From Escherichia phage Shy, in sequence record OR996328: a DNA stretch of 42,805 nucleotides; one strand, 5' to 3'. How positions within the stretch are numbered: the stretch's first letter is position 1; each line of letters opens with the position of its first letter. Positions 29,454 through 37,819 of this stretch are shown here, piece after piece. The notes below the pieces were generated by a model, which did not search any database, was not told the origin of the DNA, and saw nothing but the letters and a program-made list of their open reading frames with translations. The position numbers and the translations under genes are program-made.

Positions 29454-30263
29454 TTAGCGCGGTTGGCCCCAAGCCGGTTGGCCGCCGCCGTTGCCTTGGT
29501 TCTGGTTCCAGCCGCCGCCGTTGCCTTGCTGCTGGCCTTGGTTGCCCTGCTGGTTGCCTTGCCAGCCGCCGCCCTGCTGGTTGCCCTGCTGGCCGTTGTT
29601 GCCGTTGTTCTGGCCCCAACCCGGATTACCGCCGCCGTTGTTCTGGCCTTGGTTCTGGTTGTTGCCGCCGTTGTTATCCGGCATCGGAACGTTGTTCGCG
29701 ACCTGCGATTGACCGCCCCAACCGGCGTTGTTACCGCCGTTGTTTTGCTGCTGGTTCTGGCCGCCGTTCTGTTGCTGGTTGCCCCACGAACCGCCGTTGT
29801 TACCGGCTTGGCCGCCGTTGTTCTGCGCGGCTTGACCGTTGCCGTTGGCGTGGCCGGGTTCGTTACCGTTGATATCGAACACGCGTTTTACGTCGGTGTA
29901 CTTGTTCGGGTTCGGTTCTTTCTGCAACCCGACTTCGACCATAAACGGGATGTTGTGCAACTGTTGCGAATCTTGCACTTGGAACACGCCGGTAACGTGG
30001 CACAAAGCCGACAACTGTTTGTGCGCGATTTCGACGGTTTGCGGGTTGGTATGGTACAGGTTCAGGCGGTAAGCGCCGACCGCGCCTTTGTTCGGGCCGT
30101 CGATAACCTGCAAGTCGAATTGCAGATAACCGGAATCGTTATCCTTGGTCGGCTTTACTTCCGACTTGATAGCGATAACCGGATGCTTGCCGATAGGCAA
30201 ACCGCCGACGCCTTGGGTCGGGTCTACGTTACGCGCGTCGAACGCTTGCATCAATTGAGCCAT
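29454..30263 (-). CDS. putative ssDNA-binding protein with long Gly/Asn/Gln-rich disordered C-terminal tail
   Basis: Start at MAQLMQAF (AAAGGTAG RBS); C-terminal ~140 aa of GNNGG/QQ/W repeats resembles an SSB linker but lacks an acidic tip; lies next to an AAA ATPase. Confidence 0.45.
   Translation of the reverse strand: MAQLMQAFDARNVDPTQGVGGLPIGKHPVIAIKSEVKPTKDNDSGYLQFDLQVIDGPNKGAVGAYRLNLYHTNPQTVEIAHKQLSALCHVTGVFQVQDSQQLHNIPFMVEVGLQKEPNPNKYTDVKRVFDINGNEPGHANGNGQAAQNNGGQAGNNGGSWGNQQQNGGQNQQQNNGGNNAGWGGQSQVANNVPMPDNNGGNNQNQGQNNGGGNPGWGQNNGNNGQQGNQQGGGWQGNQQGNQGQQQGNGGGWNQNQGNGGGQPAWGQPR
29460..29870. repeat. low-complexity coding repeats (CCGCCGTTG / CTGGTT units) encoding the G/N/Q-rich tail
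   Basis: Visible short tandem-like nucleotide repeats; they create spurious long ORFs on the plus strand. Confidence 0.7.
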
Positions 30264-30319
30264 TTTGTTTCTACCTTTTCGAAAAGTTCCGACAATCAAA
30301 CCGTGTCGAATTCGGTTAT

Positions 30320-31000
30320 TTACGACATTGCCTTTTTGAACAGTGCCGTTAAATCTGGTTGTTCCAGTTCGTTAAGCCGACCGCTTCGGTCGCGTGGTGC
30401 GTTGATTCCGAAGGTTGGTGCGGTGCGAATCGCCAACACTTGCGATTGTACACCGGGAACCGTCGTCTTTGCAACATGCCCGATTAGGTCGTACAAGTGC
30501 GGAACCTGAATCCCCAATTCTTGACCGGGGAAATACGGTTTCTTAACTTGCGTGCCTTCTTCTTCGGCCATCGCCTGTTTCGCAATCAAATACGTGTGTT
30601 TCTGTTGCATGTAGTACAAGCCGGTAAGGTGGTCTAGTACCTTTCGGGCCATTTCGCCGTAAGCCTTGCGGCCGTCGCGGTTGCGTTTCAATTCGGCTTT
30701 CACGACGATTTCGGCCAGTTGCGACACTGAATCGACGCCGACGGTATCGAAACCTTTGGATTCATTCGACCGAAACAGCCAATCGAAGAATTCGTCGATT
30801 CGTTCAACCGTTGGCGCTTCCCATGCGGGAACCGTCGAACCGCGCATCGACAACATACCCGGTTCGGTAATCAGCAATACCGGGCGCGGTGCGGTGTTGA
30901 TAAGCGGCGTCTTACCCGAACCGGGCGGCCCATAGGCCAACATCTTGACGCCGTATTGCCGGGCGAAATCCCCGGCCGGTCGTAAGTCGCGTGTTTGCAT
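30320..31000 (-). CDS. AAA-family ATPase (Sak4 / AAA_24-like recombination ATPase)
   Basis: Walker A YGPPGSGKT; start at MQTRDLRP (31000) with AGGTGA RBS; the track's longer N-terminal extension is probably untranslated. Confidence 0.6.
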   Translation of the reverse strand: MQTRDLRPAGDFARQYGVKMLAYGPPGSGKTPLINTAPRPVLLITEPGMLSMRGSTVPAWEAPTVERIDEFFDWLFRSNESKGFDTVGVDSVSQLAEIVVKAELKRNRDGRKAYGEMARKVLDHLTGLYYMQQKHTYLIAKQAMAEEEGTQVKKPYFPGQELGIQVPHLYDLIGHVAKTTVPGVQSQVLAIRTAPTFGINAPRDRSGRLNELEQPDLTALFKKAMS

Positions 31001-31052
31001 AGTTTCACCTGAAAAGCCCGGCGGCCTAATGTGGGCAACCGGGCGTCGTTGA

Positions 31053-31520
31053 TTAACGTTTTTCTTTCGGTGCGACGATTTCAACCGACGGCGTACCGTC
31101 CGAAATCTTCAACACTTCGTCAATAATTTTCTTGAACTTCGGTTCAAGTTCGTTGTATTCGGAAACCGAAAGTTCTGGCTTCCATTTGACCAGACGGTTC
31201 GCGACGAACTGACCTTCGGGGCCAACCTTTTCGATTTTCGACAGCGCCTTATCGACGGCATCGTCTTTGTTGTTCAGGCTGTAATTCAGCTTGAACACGG
31301 CTTTCAGCTTGTAGCCGTTCGCCAAATCGACGTTTTTGGTGCCGGAAAGACCGGCGTTGTTCGGAAACATGCGGTCTACCATCGCCTTACGGGCCGCCGC
31401 TTCAATCGCTTTGAAGTGCGCCAGTTGTTTCGCCGCCGCTTCCCATTCGCCGATAAGCTGGTCGTTGGTTTTGGTGGCTTCGGTCGGCTGGCCCCATGCT
31501 TGCGCGTTGTTGTCGGTCAT
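31053..31520 (-). CDS. hypothetical protein
   Basis: 155 aa ORF with AAAGGG RBS between MazG and ATPase genes. Confidence 0.45.
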   Translation of the reverse strand: MTDNNAQAWGQPTEATKTNDQLIGEWEAAAKQLAHFKAIEAAARKAMVDRMFPNNAGLSGTKNVDLANGYKLKAVFKLNYSLNNKDDAVDKALSKIEKVGPEGQFVANRLVKWKPELSVSEYNELEPKFKKIIDEVLKISDGTPSVEIVAPKEKR

Positions 31521-31597
31521 TTCGATTACCCTTTCGTTAAACCGGGCCGACCAATTCGGCCCGTTGAATAGAAATATACGTCAATCGAACCGGCGCG

Positions 31598-32221
31598 TCA
31601 AGCGTCTTTTTCGCTTTCGATGCGATGTTTCAATTCGGCATCCGGCGAAGTGATACCCGGCAAGTTCGGTTGCATCAATTCCAGAATGTCGCGTTCGCCG
31701 CCAAGGTCGCGGTTATTCGCGTCGTATGCGGTAAACTTGTTCGGGTAGCGTTTGCGAAGTTTGGCGATGTTCGCCCGCATCATGCCGTCGATGCTGATTT
31801 CGGTTCCTTGGGCCAGTGCGGCCAGATACCAAAGAACGTCGCCGCCTTCTTCGCCAAGGTTCACAAGGTCGAAGCCGGTAGGCTGGCCGCCGAACTTGTT
31901 AATCAGTGCGGCGATAAGACCGTCGGCCAGTTCGCCCGCTTCGGTGCCGACGCCGATGATTGCGTGCGCGATGGTTTCTTCGGCCGAAGTCCAAGGCATT
32001 TCGCTGGATTCGATGGATTCTTCGGGAACGAACATCGGCATCGCTTCGACGTTGCGGCCGTAGAACAGGCGTTTCTTGATTTCGTCAAGCCGGGCGGCGG
32101 CGATGCTGAACGCTTGCAGTGCGCCAAGCAATTCGGCACGGCTTACGAATTCGCCAAAGAACGAAGCCGACAGGGTTTGCACGGCTTCCGCTTGATAGTT
32201 GAAGGGTTTGGGTTGGGTCAT
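31598..32221 (-). CDS. MazG-like nucleoside triphosphate pyrophosphohydrolase
   Basis: 207 aa; GTEAGELADGL and LGEEGGDVLWYL (EExxE/D) MazG signatures; first gene of leftward operon. Confidence 0.7.
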   Translation of the reverse strand: MTQPKPFNYQAEAVQTLSASFFGEFVSRAELLGALQAFSIAAARLDEIKKRLFYGRNVEAMPMFVPEESIESSEMPWTSAEETIAHAIIGVGTEAGELADGLIAALINKFGGQPTGFDLVNLGEEGGDVLWYLAALAQGTEISIDGMMRANIAKLRKRYPNKFTAYDANNRDLGGERDILELMQPNLPGITSPDAELKHRIESEKDA

Positions 32222-32271
32222 TGGGACGACTCCGGTTAGGGTTGCGGCCGGGGGTTCCCAACCGTGCCCAT

Positions 32272-32300
32272 ATAGTAGCGCCGGGGCTTGCGTGCGTCAA
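32272..32300 (-). promoter_or_regulatory. sigma70-like promoter for leftward replication operon
   Basis: Minus strand: TTGACG-17 nt-TACTAT about 45 nt upstream of the MazG start. Confidence 0.5.
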
Positions 32301-32312
32301 CAGAATTTTAGC

Positions 32313-32341
32313 TTTACGTTACACCATTTTCGCCGTATCAT
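32313..32341 (+). promoter_or_regulatory. sigma70-like promoter for rightward early operon
   Basis: TTTACG-17 nt-TATCAT; back-to-back with the leftward promoter (12 bp between -35 elements). Confidence 0.4.
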
Positions 32342-32381
32342 TTCGGCCAATGACCACGCGCAACCGTAAGGAATGCCCACA

Positions 32382-32585
32382 ATGACCCAGCTTGTCACCG
32401 GTTGGCGGGATGAAACCCGGCAACTTCTGTTGAACCGCCCCCGCAACCTTGAATATCAGACCATCGCCAACGAAACCGGTTTGTCTGTTTCGTGGATTCG
32501 TGCGTTCGCGGTAGGCCAGTCGGATAACCCCGGCGTCGTCTTCGTCGAAACCCTTTATGTATATCTGAAAGCAAAGGCCAAGTAA
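32382..32585 (+). CDS. small HTH DNA-binding protein (Cro-like regulator candidate)
   Basis: 67 aa from ATG 32382 (AAGGA RBS); the track's ATG at 32373 abuts the RBS; helix-turn-helix-like YQTIANETGLSVSWIRAF. Confidence 0.4.
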   Translation: MTQLVTGWRDETRQLLLNRPRNLEYQTIANETGLSVSWIRAFAVGQSDNPGVVFVETLYVYLKAKAK

Positions 32586-34891
32586 TGTACCAGAACATAC
32601 CCGAAGAATTGCGGAATACGCCGCATTGGGTAGTTTGGCGTTACGAAGACACGCAAGCCGATAAGCCGACCAAAGTACCGTATTCGCCGCATAATTTCCA
32701 AACGCGGGCGAATGTCAACGAACCGTCAACTTTCGGAACGTTTGAGCAAGCCGCGCAAGCGTGCCAAGACGGATGGTTTAACGGCTTGGGCTTCGTGTTA
32801 ACGCAAAACGACCCGTATTGCTTTATCGACCTTGACGATACGGACGGCGACCCGAAATTGTACGCCGACCAAATCACGATTTACCAACGGCTAGGGTCGT
32901 ATACCGAACTTTCGCCAAGCGGTAAGGGCGTGCATATCATCGTAAAAGGTGCGTTGCCAGCCGGTCGCAAGCGTAACCGTATTGAACTGTATTCGTCCGG
33001 TCGCTTTATGACCATGACGGGTAATTTCCTTAACGGTTCGAACCCGGCTATCGAAGACCGTAACGATATGGTCAACGAACTTTATACCCTGTTGGGCGGT
33101 AAAGAAGAAAAGACATATTACGACGGCAACGAACCACAAACCAAGTCGGACGACGAAGTTATCGAAATCGCACGCAATGCGGAAAACGGCGCGAAGTTTA
33201 TGTCGTTGCATAACGGCGATTGGGTCGGCCTGTATCCGTCGCAATCCGAAGCCGACTTAGCGTATATCAACATTTTGGCGTTTTATACCCAAAACCGCGA
33301 ACAGCTTACCCGGATGTTCAAAGCGTCGCCGTTGGGCGCACGCGACAAACAAACGTCGATTCGTGGCGTCGGTTATATCGACTACATGATTAACAAGTCT
33401 TTCGACCGCATGTTGCCGCCAGTCGATACCGCCGCACTTATGAACCGGCTTAACGAAGCATTGCAACAAAGCCGCGTCGCAGTGCAACAGGAAGCCGCCA
33501 GCGTGCCGACCGCCGAATATATCCCCGAACCCCAAGGCGATACGCCGTACACCGTGCCGCCCGGCCTTATGGGCGAAATCGCGCAATTCATTTACCAGCA
33601 AGCGCCCCGGCCCGTACCGGAAATCGCGCTTACGGCCGCTATTGGCTTGATGGCTGGTATATGTGGGCGTGCGTACAACGTGTCGAATACCGGATTGAAC
33701 CAATACGTTATGTTGTTGGCCCCAACCGGCACCGGTAAAGAAGCAATCGCAAAGGGCATTGAAAAGCTAATGGGACAAGTGCAACGCACCGTGCCAGCGG
33801 CTAACGAATTCATCGGCCCGGCTGAAATCGCATCGGCGCAAGCGTTGGTTAAATATATGTCGAAAGGCCCGACCAGCTTTGTAAGCATCGTCGGCGAAAT
33901 CGGTATCGCATTGCAGCAAATGACCGACCCCCGCGCACCGACGCACCTTGTCGGCTTGCGCCGCCTGTTGCTTGACCTGTTCAACAAGTCCGGCGAAGGT
34001 TCGGTTTTGCGTCCGACCATCTATTCGGATAAAGAAAAGAATACGGCTTCGGTTCTGGCACCGTCTTACACGATGCTAGGCGAATCGACGCCCGAACGCT
34101 TTTACGAATTCCTTGATGAAATGATGATTAGCGAAGGTTTGTTGCCGCGCTTTACCATCATCGAATACCGGGGAAAGCGGCCGTCTATGAACGAAGGCCA
34201 CGCGTTCGTAATGCCGTCGAATGAACTGGTCGAACGTATGGCGCAATTGTGCGCGCAAGCGTTGATGCTGAACAACTCGCATAAAGCGGTGCATATCCGC
34301 GTATCGCCGGAAGCGAAAGAACTGTTCGACGCTTTCAACGAAGAATGCGACAAGCGAATTAACAACGCATCCCGCGAAGTCACGCGCCACCTTTGGAACC
34401 GTGCCCACATTAAGGCCATGAAACTAGCCGGGCTGGTTGCCGTCGGTTGTGACCCGTATAACCCGACCATTGATGCCAGCGCCGCCGCTTGGGCCTTGCG
34501 TATCGTTGAAGCGGATTCGAACAACCTGTTAGGTCGGTTCAATAGCGGCGAAGTCGGCCAGAACAGCAACGAAACCAAACAGCTTAACGAAATGGTACGC
34601 GTGATTCGCGAATACGTCGTTCGGCCTTGGTCGGAAGTGGCGTCGTATGGCGGGTCGGCAATGATGCACGGCGAACGCATTATTCCGTATCCGTACCTTC
34701 AACGTAAATTGGCTAACCTATCCGCTTTCAAAGGCGAACGAATCACGGCATCCGACGTTATCCGACGCACCTTGAAGACGCTTTGCGACCGTGGCGACAT
34801 TGCGGAATTGGGTAAAGGTCAATTGATTGATAAGTTCGGATTCCGTGGCGTTGCGTACATGATTTCGGCACCACGGGCGTTCGGCTTCTAG
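32585..34891 (+). CDS. DNA primase-polymerase (AEP-type N-terminal domain) with C-terminal NTPase-like domain
   Basis: 768 aa; HWVVWRY...KVPY...FIDLDDTDG...GKGVHIIVKG resembles prim-pol domain; degenerate P-loop LLAPTGTGKE downstream. Confidence 0.6.
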   Translation: MYQNIPEELRNTPHWVVWRYEDTQADKPTKVPYSPHNFQTRANVNEPSTFGTFEQAAQACQDGWFNGLGFVLTQNDPYCFIDLDDTDGDPKLYADQITIYQRLGSYTELSPSGKGVHIIVKGALPAGRKRNRIELYSSGRFMTMTGNFLNGSNPAIEDRNDMVNELYTLLGGKEEKTYYDGNEPQTKSDDEVIEIARNAENGAKFMSLHNGDWVGLYPSQSEADLAYINILAFYTQNREQLTRMFKASPLGARDKQTSIRGVGYIDYMINKSFDRMLPPVDTAALMNRLNEALQQSRVAVQQEAASVPTAEYIPEPQGDTPYTVPPGLMGEIAQFIYQQAPRPVPEIALTAAIGLMAGICGRAYNVSNTGLNQYVMLLAPTGTGKEAIAKGIEKLMGQVQRTVPAANEFIGPAEIASAQALVKYMSKGPTSFVSIVGEIGIALQQMTDPRAPTHLVGLRRLLLDLFNKSGEGSVLRPTIYSDKEKNTASVLAPSYTMLGESTPERFYEFLDEMMISEGLLPRFTIIEYRGKRPSMNEGHAFVMPSNELVERMAQLCAQALMLNNSHKAVHIRVSPEAKELFDAFNEECDKRINNASREVTRHLWNRAHIKAMKLAGLVAVGCDPYNPTIDASAAAWALRIVEADSNNLLGRFNSGEVGQNSNETKQLNEMVRVIREYVVRPWSEVASYGGSAMMHGERIIPYPYLQRKLANLSAFKGERITASDVIRRTLKTLCDRGDIAELGKGQLIDKFGFRGVAYMISAPRAFGF

Positions 34892-35160
34892 CTAACCTAT
34901 CCGACGAATCAGTATAAGGGGGCTAAGGCCGCGTATAAGCCCTAACCCCCTGATTTCATTGATGTTATAAGGGTATAAGGGTTATAAGGCGATAAACCTT
35001 CACTTCCCCTTCTATCCCCCAAACCGTCGGATTGGTTATCGGATTCCATACATTCACTAAAATAGGTACTATCCTTATACTCTTTATACTTTTTATATCT
35101 TCAATAAATACAAGGACTTAGGGCTAATCGGAACCCTTAAATTCGTATAAGGCTGGGGCC
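34892..35160. other. putative replication origin: iteron array plus AT-rich tract
   Basis: Six direct copies of GT(T)ATAAGG (34912, 34933, 34964, 34973, 34981, 35145) and one inverted (35072-35080); AT-rich TTATAC-repeat tract at 35051-35110; flanking CTATCCGAYGAA direct repeats. Confidence 0.5.
34964..34989 (+). repeat. tandem triple iteron GTTATAAGG-GTATAAGG-GTTATAAGG
   Basis: Read directly from sequence. Confidence 0.8.
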
Positions 35161-35205
35161 AAGGGGCAAACGACGAACCGATTTGCTATCCGATGAAAAA
35201 TCCGG

Positions 35206-35234
35206 TTGACAGTCCGACGGAATGCGGCGATACT
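35206..35234 (+). promoter_or_regulatory. sigma70-like promoter upstream of small early genes
   Basis: TTGACA-17 nt-GATACT; downstream AGGAG RBS and ATG at 35274. Confidence 0.5.
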
Positions 35235-35273
35235 GTCGCAACAGTCGCCGGATACAGCGAAGGAGTTATCGAA

Positions 35274-35474
35274 ATGGCGAAGAAAGCGAAACAGTATTTC
35301 AGCTTGTTGACCAAGACCGACGGCGTTTGGTCGGTTCAGTTTGGCGACTACGACCGCGAATGCGTCGAACAGGAACGCGACGATTCGTATTCCGACGAAA
35401 AGTGCCGCATCATCAAGACCGACGACACGCAAGCCGCTATCGACGCCGCTGTCGCCAAACTTAACGCGGTCTAA
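35274..35474 (+). CDS. hypothetical small early protein
   Basis: 66 aa from ATG 35274 with AGGAG RBS 8 nt upstream; the track's longer ORF from 35193 has no RBS and would contain the promoter. Confidence 0.5.
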   Translation: MAKKAKQYFSLLTKTDGVWSVQFGDYDRECVEQERDDSYSDEKCRIIKTDDTQAAIDAAVAKLNAV

Positions 35475-35495
35475 TGTGGGCATAAGGGGGCCGCT

Positions 35496-35738
35496 ATGGC
35501 TTTCAGTAATCAAAGCATCGTCGCACCAGTGAAAGGCAAACCGCATATCGTATTGCGTGCCGGATTCTGGCGCGTTTCGCCAATGCCGAAGCCGTATCAT
35601 CGGTATAATATGTTGTGGAACTTGGCGCATCTTCGCGCCCGGTTGCTTAACGTAAAACGCCCGTTCGCGGGCAATAACTGGAACTTGGTAGCGGTTGACG
35701 AAATGACCGAATACCAAGCCAAAACCAAAGGAGAATAG
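35496..35738 (+). CDS. hypothetical small early protein
   Basis: 80 aa; preceded by TCTAATGTGGGCA motif and AAGGGGG RBS. Confidence 0.45.
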   Translation: MAFSNQSIVAPVKGKPHIVLRAGFWRVSPMPKPYHRYNMLWNLAHLRARLLNVKRPFAGNNWNLVAVDEMTEYQAKTKGE

Positions 35739-35741
35739 ATA

Positions 35742-35993
35742 ATGTCACGTTCGCGCAACAGGCTTGCAGTCGGCAAGCTGGAACACTTCGCCGCATGGTG
35801 CGAAAAACAGGGTTGGAAGCGTCACCAGTGCAAGGGCGCTTACGAAGTCCTTAGAATGCGTCACGAAGTCGAAAACGATACGCTTATCGTCTATCGCCGC
35901 GACAGCACGAACGCGGGCGGCGAATTGGTACACCTTACGTTGTTCGGTATCGCCGAACGCACCTTCAACCGCTATATAAAGGCGACCCGCTAA
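35742..35993 (+). CDS. hypothetical small early protein
   Basis: 83 aa ORF, tightly packed with neighbours. Confidence 0.45.
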   Translation: MSRSRNRLAVGKLEHFAAWCEKQGWKRHQCKGAYEVLRMRHEVENDTLIVYRRDSTNAGGELVHLTLFGIAERTFNRYIKATR

Positions 35994-36172
35994 TGCCAAT
36001 CATCCCGCCCCACTTCGACGCCGCAACGCTGGCGCTTGCAATGTCGCTTGTTCGCGTTGTCGGCTTCGTCGTCGGCATGGTGTTCGTAACCAAGGCGATT
36101 AAGGCCCGCAAGGCTGGTCGCAACGCCGACGCAATTTGGTACATGCTTTGCGCAATTATTTTCGTCGCATAG
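35993..36172 (+). CDS. putative small membrane protein (59 aa; below ORF-track cutoff)
   Basis: ATG overlaps upstream stop (TAATG); hydrophobic LALAMSLVRVVGFVVGMVFV segment. Confidence 0.3.
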   Translation: MPIIPPHFDAATLALAMSLVRVVGFVVGMVFVTKAIKARKAGRNADAIWYMLCAIIFVA

Positions 36173-36173
36173 C

Positions 36174-36231
36174 TTGCGTTATCGGTTTAGTTGTCGCATA
36201 ATCTAATCGTGGTCGGGGATGTTCCCCGACC
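36174..36231 (+). promoter_or_regulatory. candidate promoter (TTGCGT-17 nt-CATAAT) followed by 9-bp stem hairpin
   Basis: Hairpin GGTCGGGGA-TGT-TCCCCGACC at 36211-36231 without U-tract, just upstream of RBS AAGGAG. Confidence 0.3.
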
Positions 36232-36252
36232 CGAACCCAAGGAGTTTTAACT

Positions 36253-36735
36253 ATGTGTATCGTTTGCGAAATCCGTAACAAACTGGCTATCGAAGTGCGC
36301 GACCCCGAAGCTATCGGCTTCGTTATGCAGCGCGTCGAATTGATGGCCCGCATTCTTCACAACGTAACCGAACTTGGCAAGCAATACGCCGAAACCGGCC
36401 CCGGCATCGACAAGCGCGTTTTCCTTGATACCGCTGTCATTGCTTCGGCTTGCCTGTCGGATAGCGTAGAAGCGACCGAACATCGTAACGCCGAAATGGC
36501 CGCGCATTCGGGCAAGGACGAAGCCGAAGCCCTGTTCGACCTTATCGGGGCGCTTATCGGCTTGAAGCGTCGCAACGACGCCGAACCCGAAGGCAACCCC
36601 GGATTGCCGCCCGAAGTATGGGCCGCTATGCCCGCCGAATTGCGCGAAATGATGAAAGGCGCAAAGGTCGTGCATATCGACAGCGAATCCGACTTGTTCG
36701 AAGCGTTGACGGGCCGTAAGCCGACGAAACACTAA
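36253..36735 (+). CDS. hypothetical acidic protein
   Basis: 160 aa; AAGGAG RBS; net negative charge; followed by terminator. Confidence 0.5.
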   Translation: MCIVCEIRNKLAIEVRDPEAIGFVMQRVELMARILHNVTELGKQYAETGPGIDKRVFLDTAVIASACLSDSVEATEHRNAEMAAHSGKDEAEALFDLIGALIGLKRRNDAEPEGNPGLPPEVWAAMPAELREMMKGAKVVHIDSESDLFEALTGRKPTKH

Positions 36736-36746
36736 CCGCAACACGA

Positions 36747-36775
36747 AGGCCGGGACAAGTTCCCGGCTTTCTGCT
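36747..36775 (+). terminator. rho-independent terminator
   Basis: AGGCCGGGA-CAAGT-TCCCGGCTT stem-loop followed by T-rich TTTCTGCTATTCT. Confidence 0.55.
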
Positions 36776-36805
36776 ATTCTGTATTGGCTAACCAATGGGG
36801 GTAAC

Positions 36806-36997
36806 ATGGCCGACGAAGTGGATATGACCGACGCAAGAACCGAAATCGAAACGGCCGACGCAATCGCAGCGATTAGCGCGAAGGCGAAGGCAATACCGGC
36901 CGGGGTTCCCGGCGAATGCGACTTGTGCGGCGAATGGTCGGGCCGCCTTGTCAACGGCGCTTGCGCACCTTGCCGCGACCGCCACAATCTACCGTAA
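36806..36997 (+). CDS. small zinc-ribbon protein
   Basis: 63 aa; CDLCGEW...CAPC (CxxC...CxxC). Confidence 0.4.
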   Translation: MADEVDMTDARTEIETADAIAAISAKAKAIPAGVPGECDLCGEWSGRLVNGACAPCRDRHNLP

Positions 36998-37007
36998 GGG
37001 GCACCGC

Positions 37008-37607
37008 ATGAAACGCACGCATCTTCTGTACGACCCTTCGGTCGGCGTATATCTGGCCGCAACAGTGGCCGAATTGAAAGCCGATGCCGATTGGCAAGAC
37101 GTAACCAACGACGAACGCCACACGCGGGCCGCCGTCTTCCAAGGCGAATGGATTGGTTCGAACCCGCTTCCCCGTGACTTGTGCATACAGAAGTCGGAAC
37201 ATGGCGAACAAGCCGCGTTGTTCTGTTGGGCCGCCGCAATGGCGAATATCGGCCTTGCGCCCGACCTGTCGAAAATGTACGCAATCCCGAACGGCGGTAA
37301 GCGTGACGCACGAACGGCCGCTATGCTGAAAGGCGAAGGCGTGCGCGTTGGCGTTCCCGACGTATGCTTGCCGAAACCTGTTGTCGCAATGGGTTACATG
37401 CAACGCCTTTTCGGCGATAGCGAACCGAAACACGAAATGTTGTGCGGTCTGTATATCGAAATGAAAAAGGTTAAGGGCGGTTCGCTGTCGGAAGAACAGG
37501 CGAAACGCATTGCCGAACTTCGGGCCGATGGTTACGCCGCTGTTCGCTGCAACGGCTGGCTTGAAGCGCGGGCCGCAATCGTAACCTATTTGGGGTTGGA
37601 ACAATGA
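37008..37607 (+). CDS. VRR-NUC domain nuclease
   Basis: Start at MKRTHLLYD with TAAGGGG RBS; EHGEQAALFCWAA...AIPNGGKRD...GVPDV...GLYIEMKKVKGGSLSEEQ matches the VRR-NUC pattern. Confidence 0.55.
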   Translation: MKRTHLLYDPSVGVYLAATVAELKADADWQDVTNDERHTRAAVFQGEWIGSNPLPRDLCIQKSEHGEQAALFCWAAAMANIGLAPDLSKMYAIPNGGKRDARTAAMLKGEGVRVGVPDVCLPKPVVAMGYMQRLFGDSEPKHEMLCGLYIEMKKVKGGSLSEEQAKRIAELRADGYAAVRCNGWLEARAAIVTYLGLEQ

Positions 37608-37810
37608 CGGTACAACGGCATAACGACCGCATCGCGAAAAACGGGTCGCATCTTGAATCGGCTAAAACGCTGAAACAAGCCCTTGACAACCTGAAAGCGG
37701 CCGGTTTAAAATCGGAACAGTTGGACGAACGCACCCATTCCATTTACGGTTGGACGTTCGGCAACGACGATAAGGGTTATTACTTTTATCGGAACTACAA
37801 CCAAGCATAG
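37604..37810 (+). CDS. hypothetical small protein
   Basis: 68 aa ORF overlapping upstream stop. Confidence 0.4.
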   Translation: MTVQRHNDRIAKNGSHLESAKTLKQALDNLKAAGLKSEQLDERTHSIYGWTFGNDDKGYYFYRNYNQA

Positions 37811-37819
37811 GGGTTCAAA

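Noticed and set aside
29447-30509. Long plus-strand ORFs (29447-29872, 29463-30509, 29491-29712) with Ala/Leu/Val- or Pro/Trp/Cys-rich products
   Set aside because: They are the reverse-strand reading of the low-complexity repeats encoding the G/N/Q-rich tail of the minus-strand SSB-like gene; no RBS and implausible composition
31001-31084. N-terminal extension of the AAA ATPase ORF (MKSSHRKKNVNQRRPVAHIRPPGFSGET)
   Set aside because: The internal Met at 31000 has a strong AGGTGA RBS and restores the usual spacing before Walker A; the extension overlaps an intergenic motif copy
34964-34989. CRISPR array or tRNA in the long intergenic region
   Set aside because: Repeats are 8-9 bp without spacers of CRISPR dimensions; no T-loop-like GGTTCGAATCC element or cloverleaf seen in any intergenic region
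35193-35273. Track start at 35193 for the first small early gene
   Set aside because: No RBS before 35193 and the sigma70-like promoter would lie inside it; ATG 35274 with AGGAG RBS preferred
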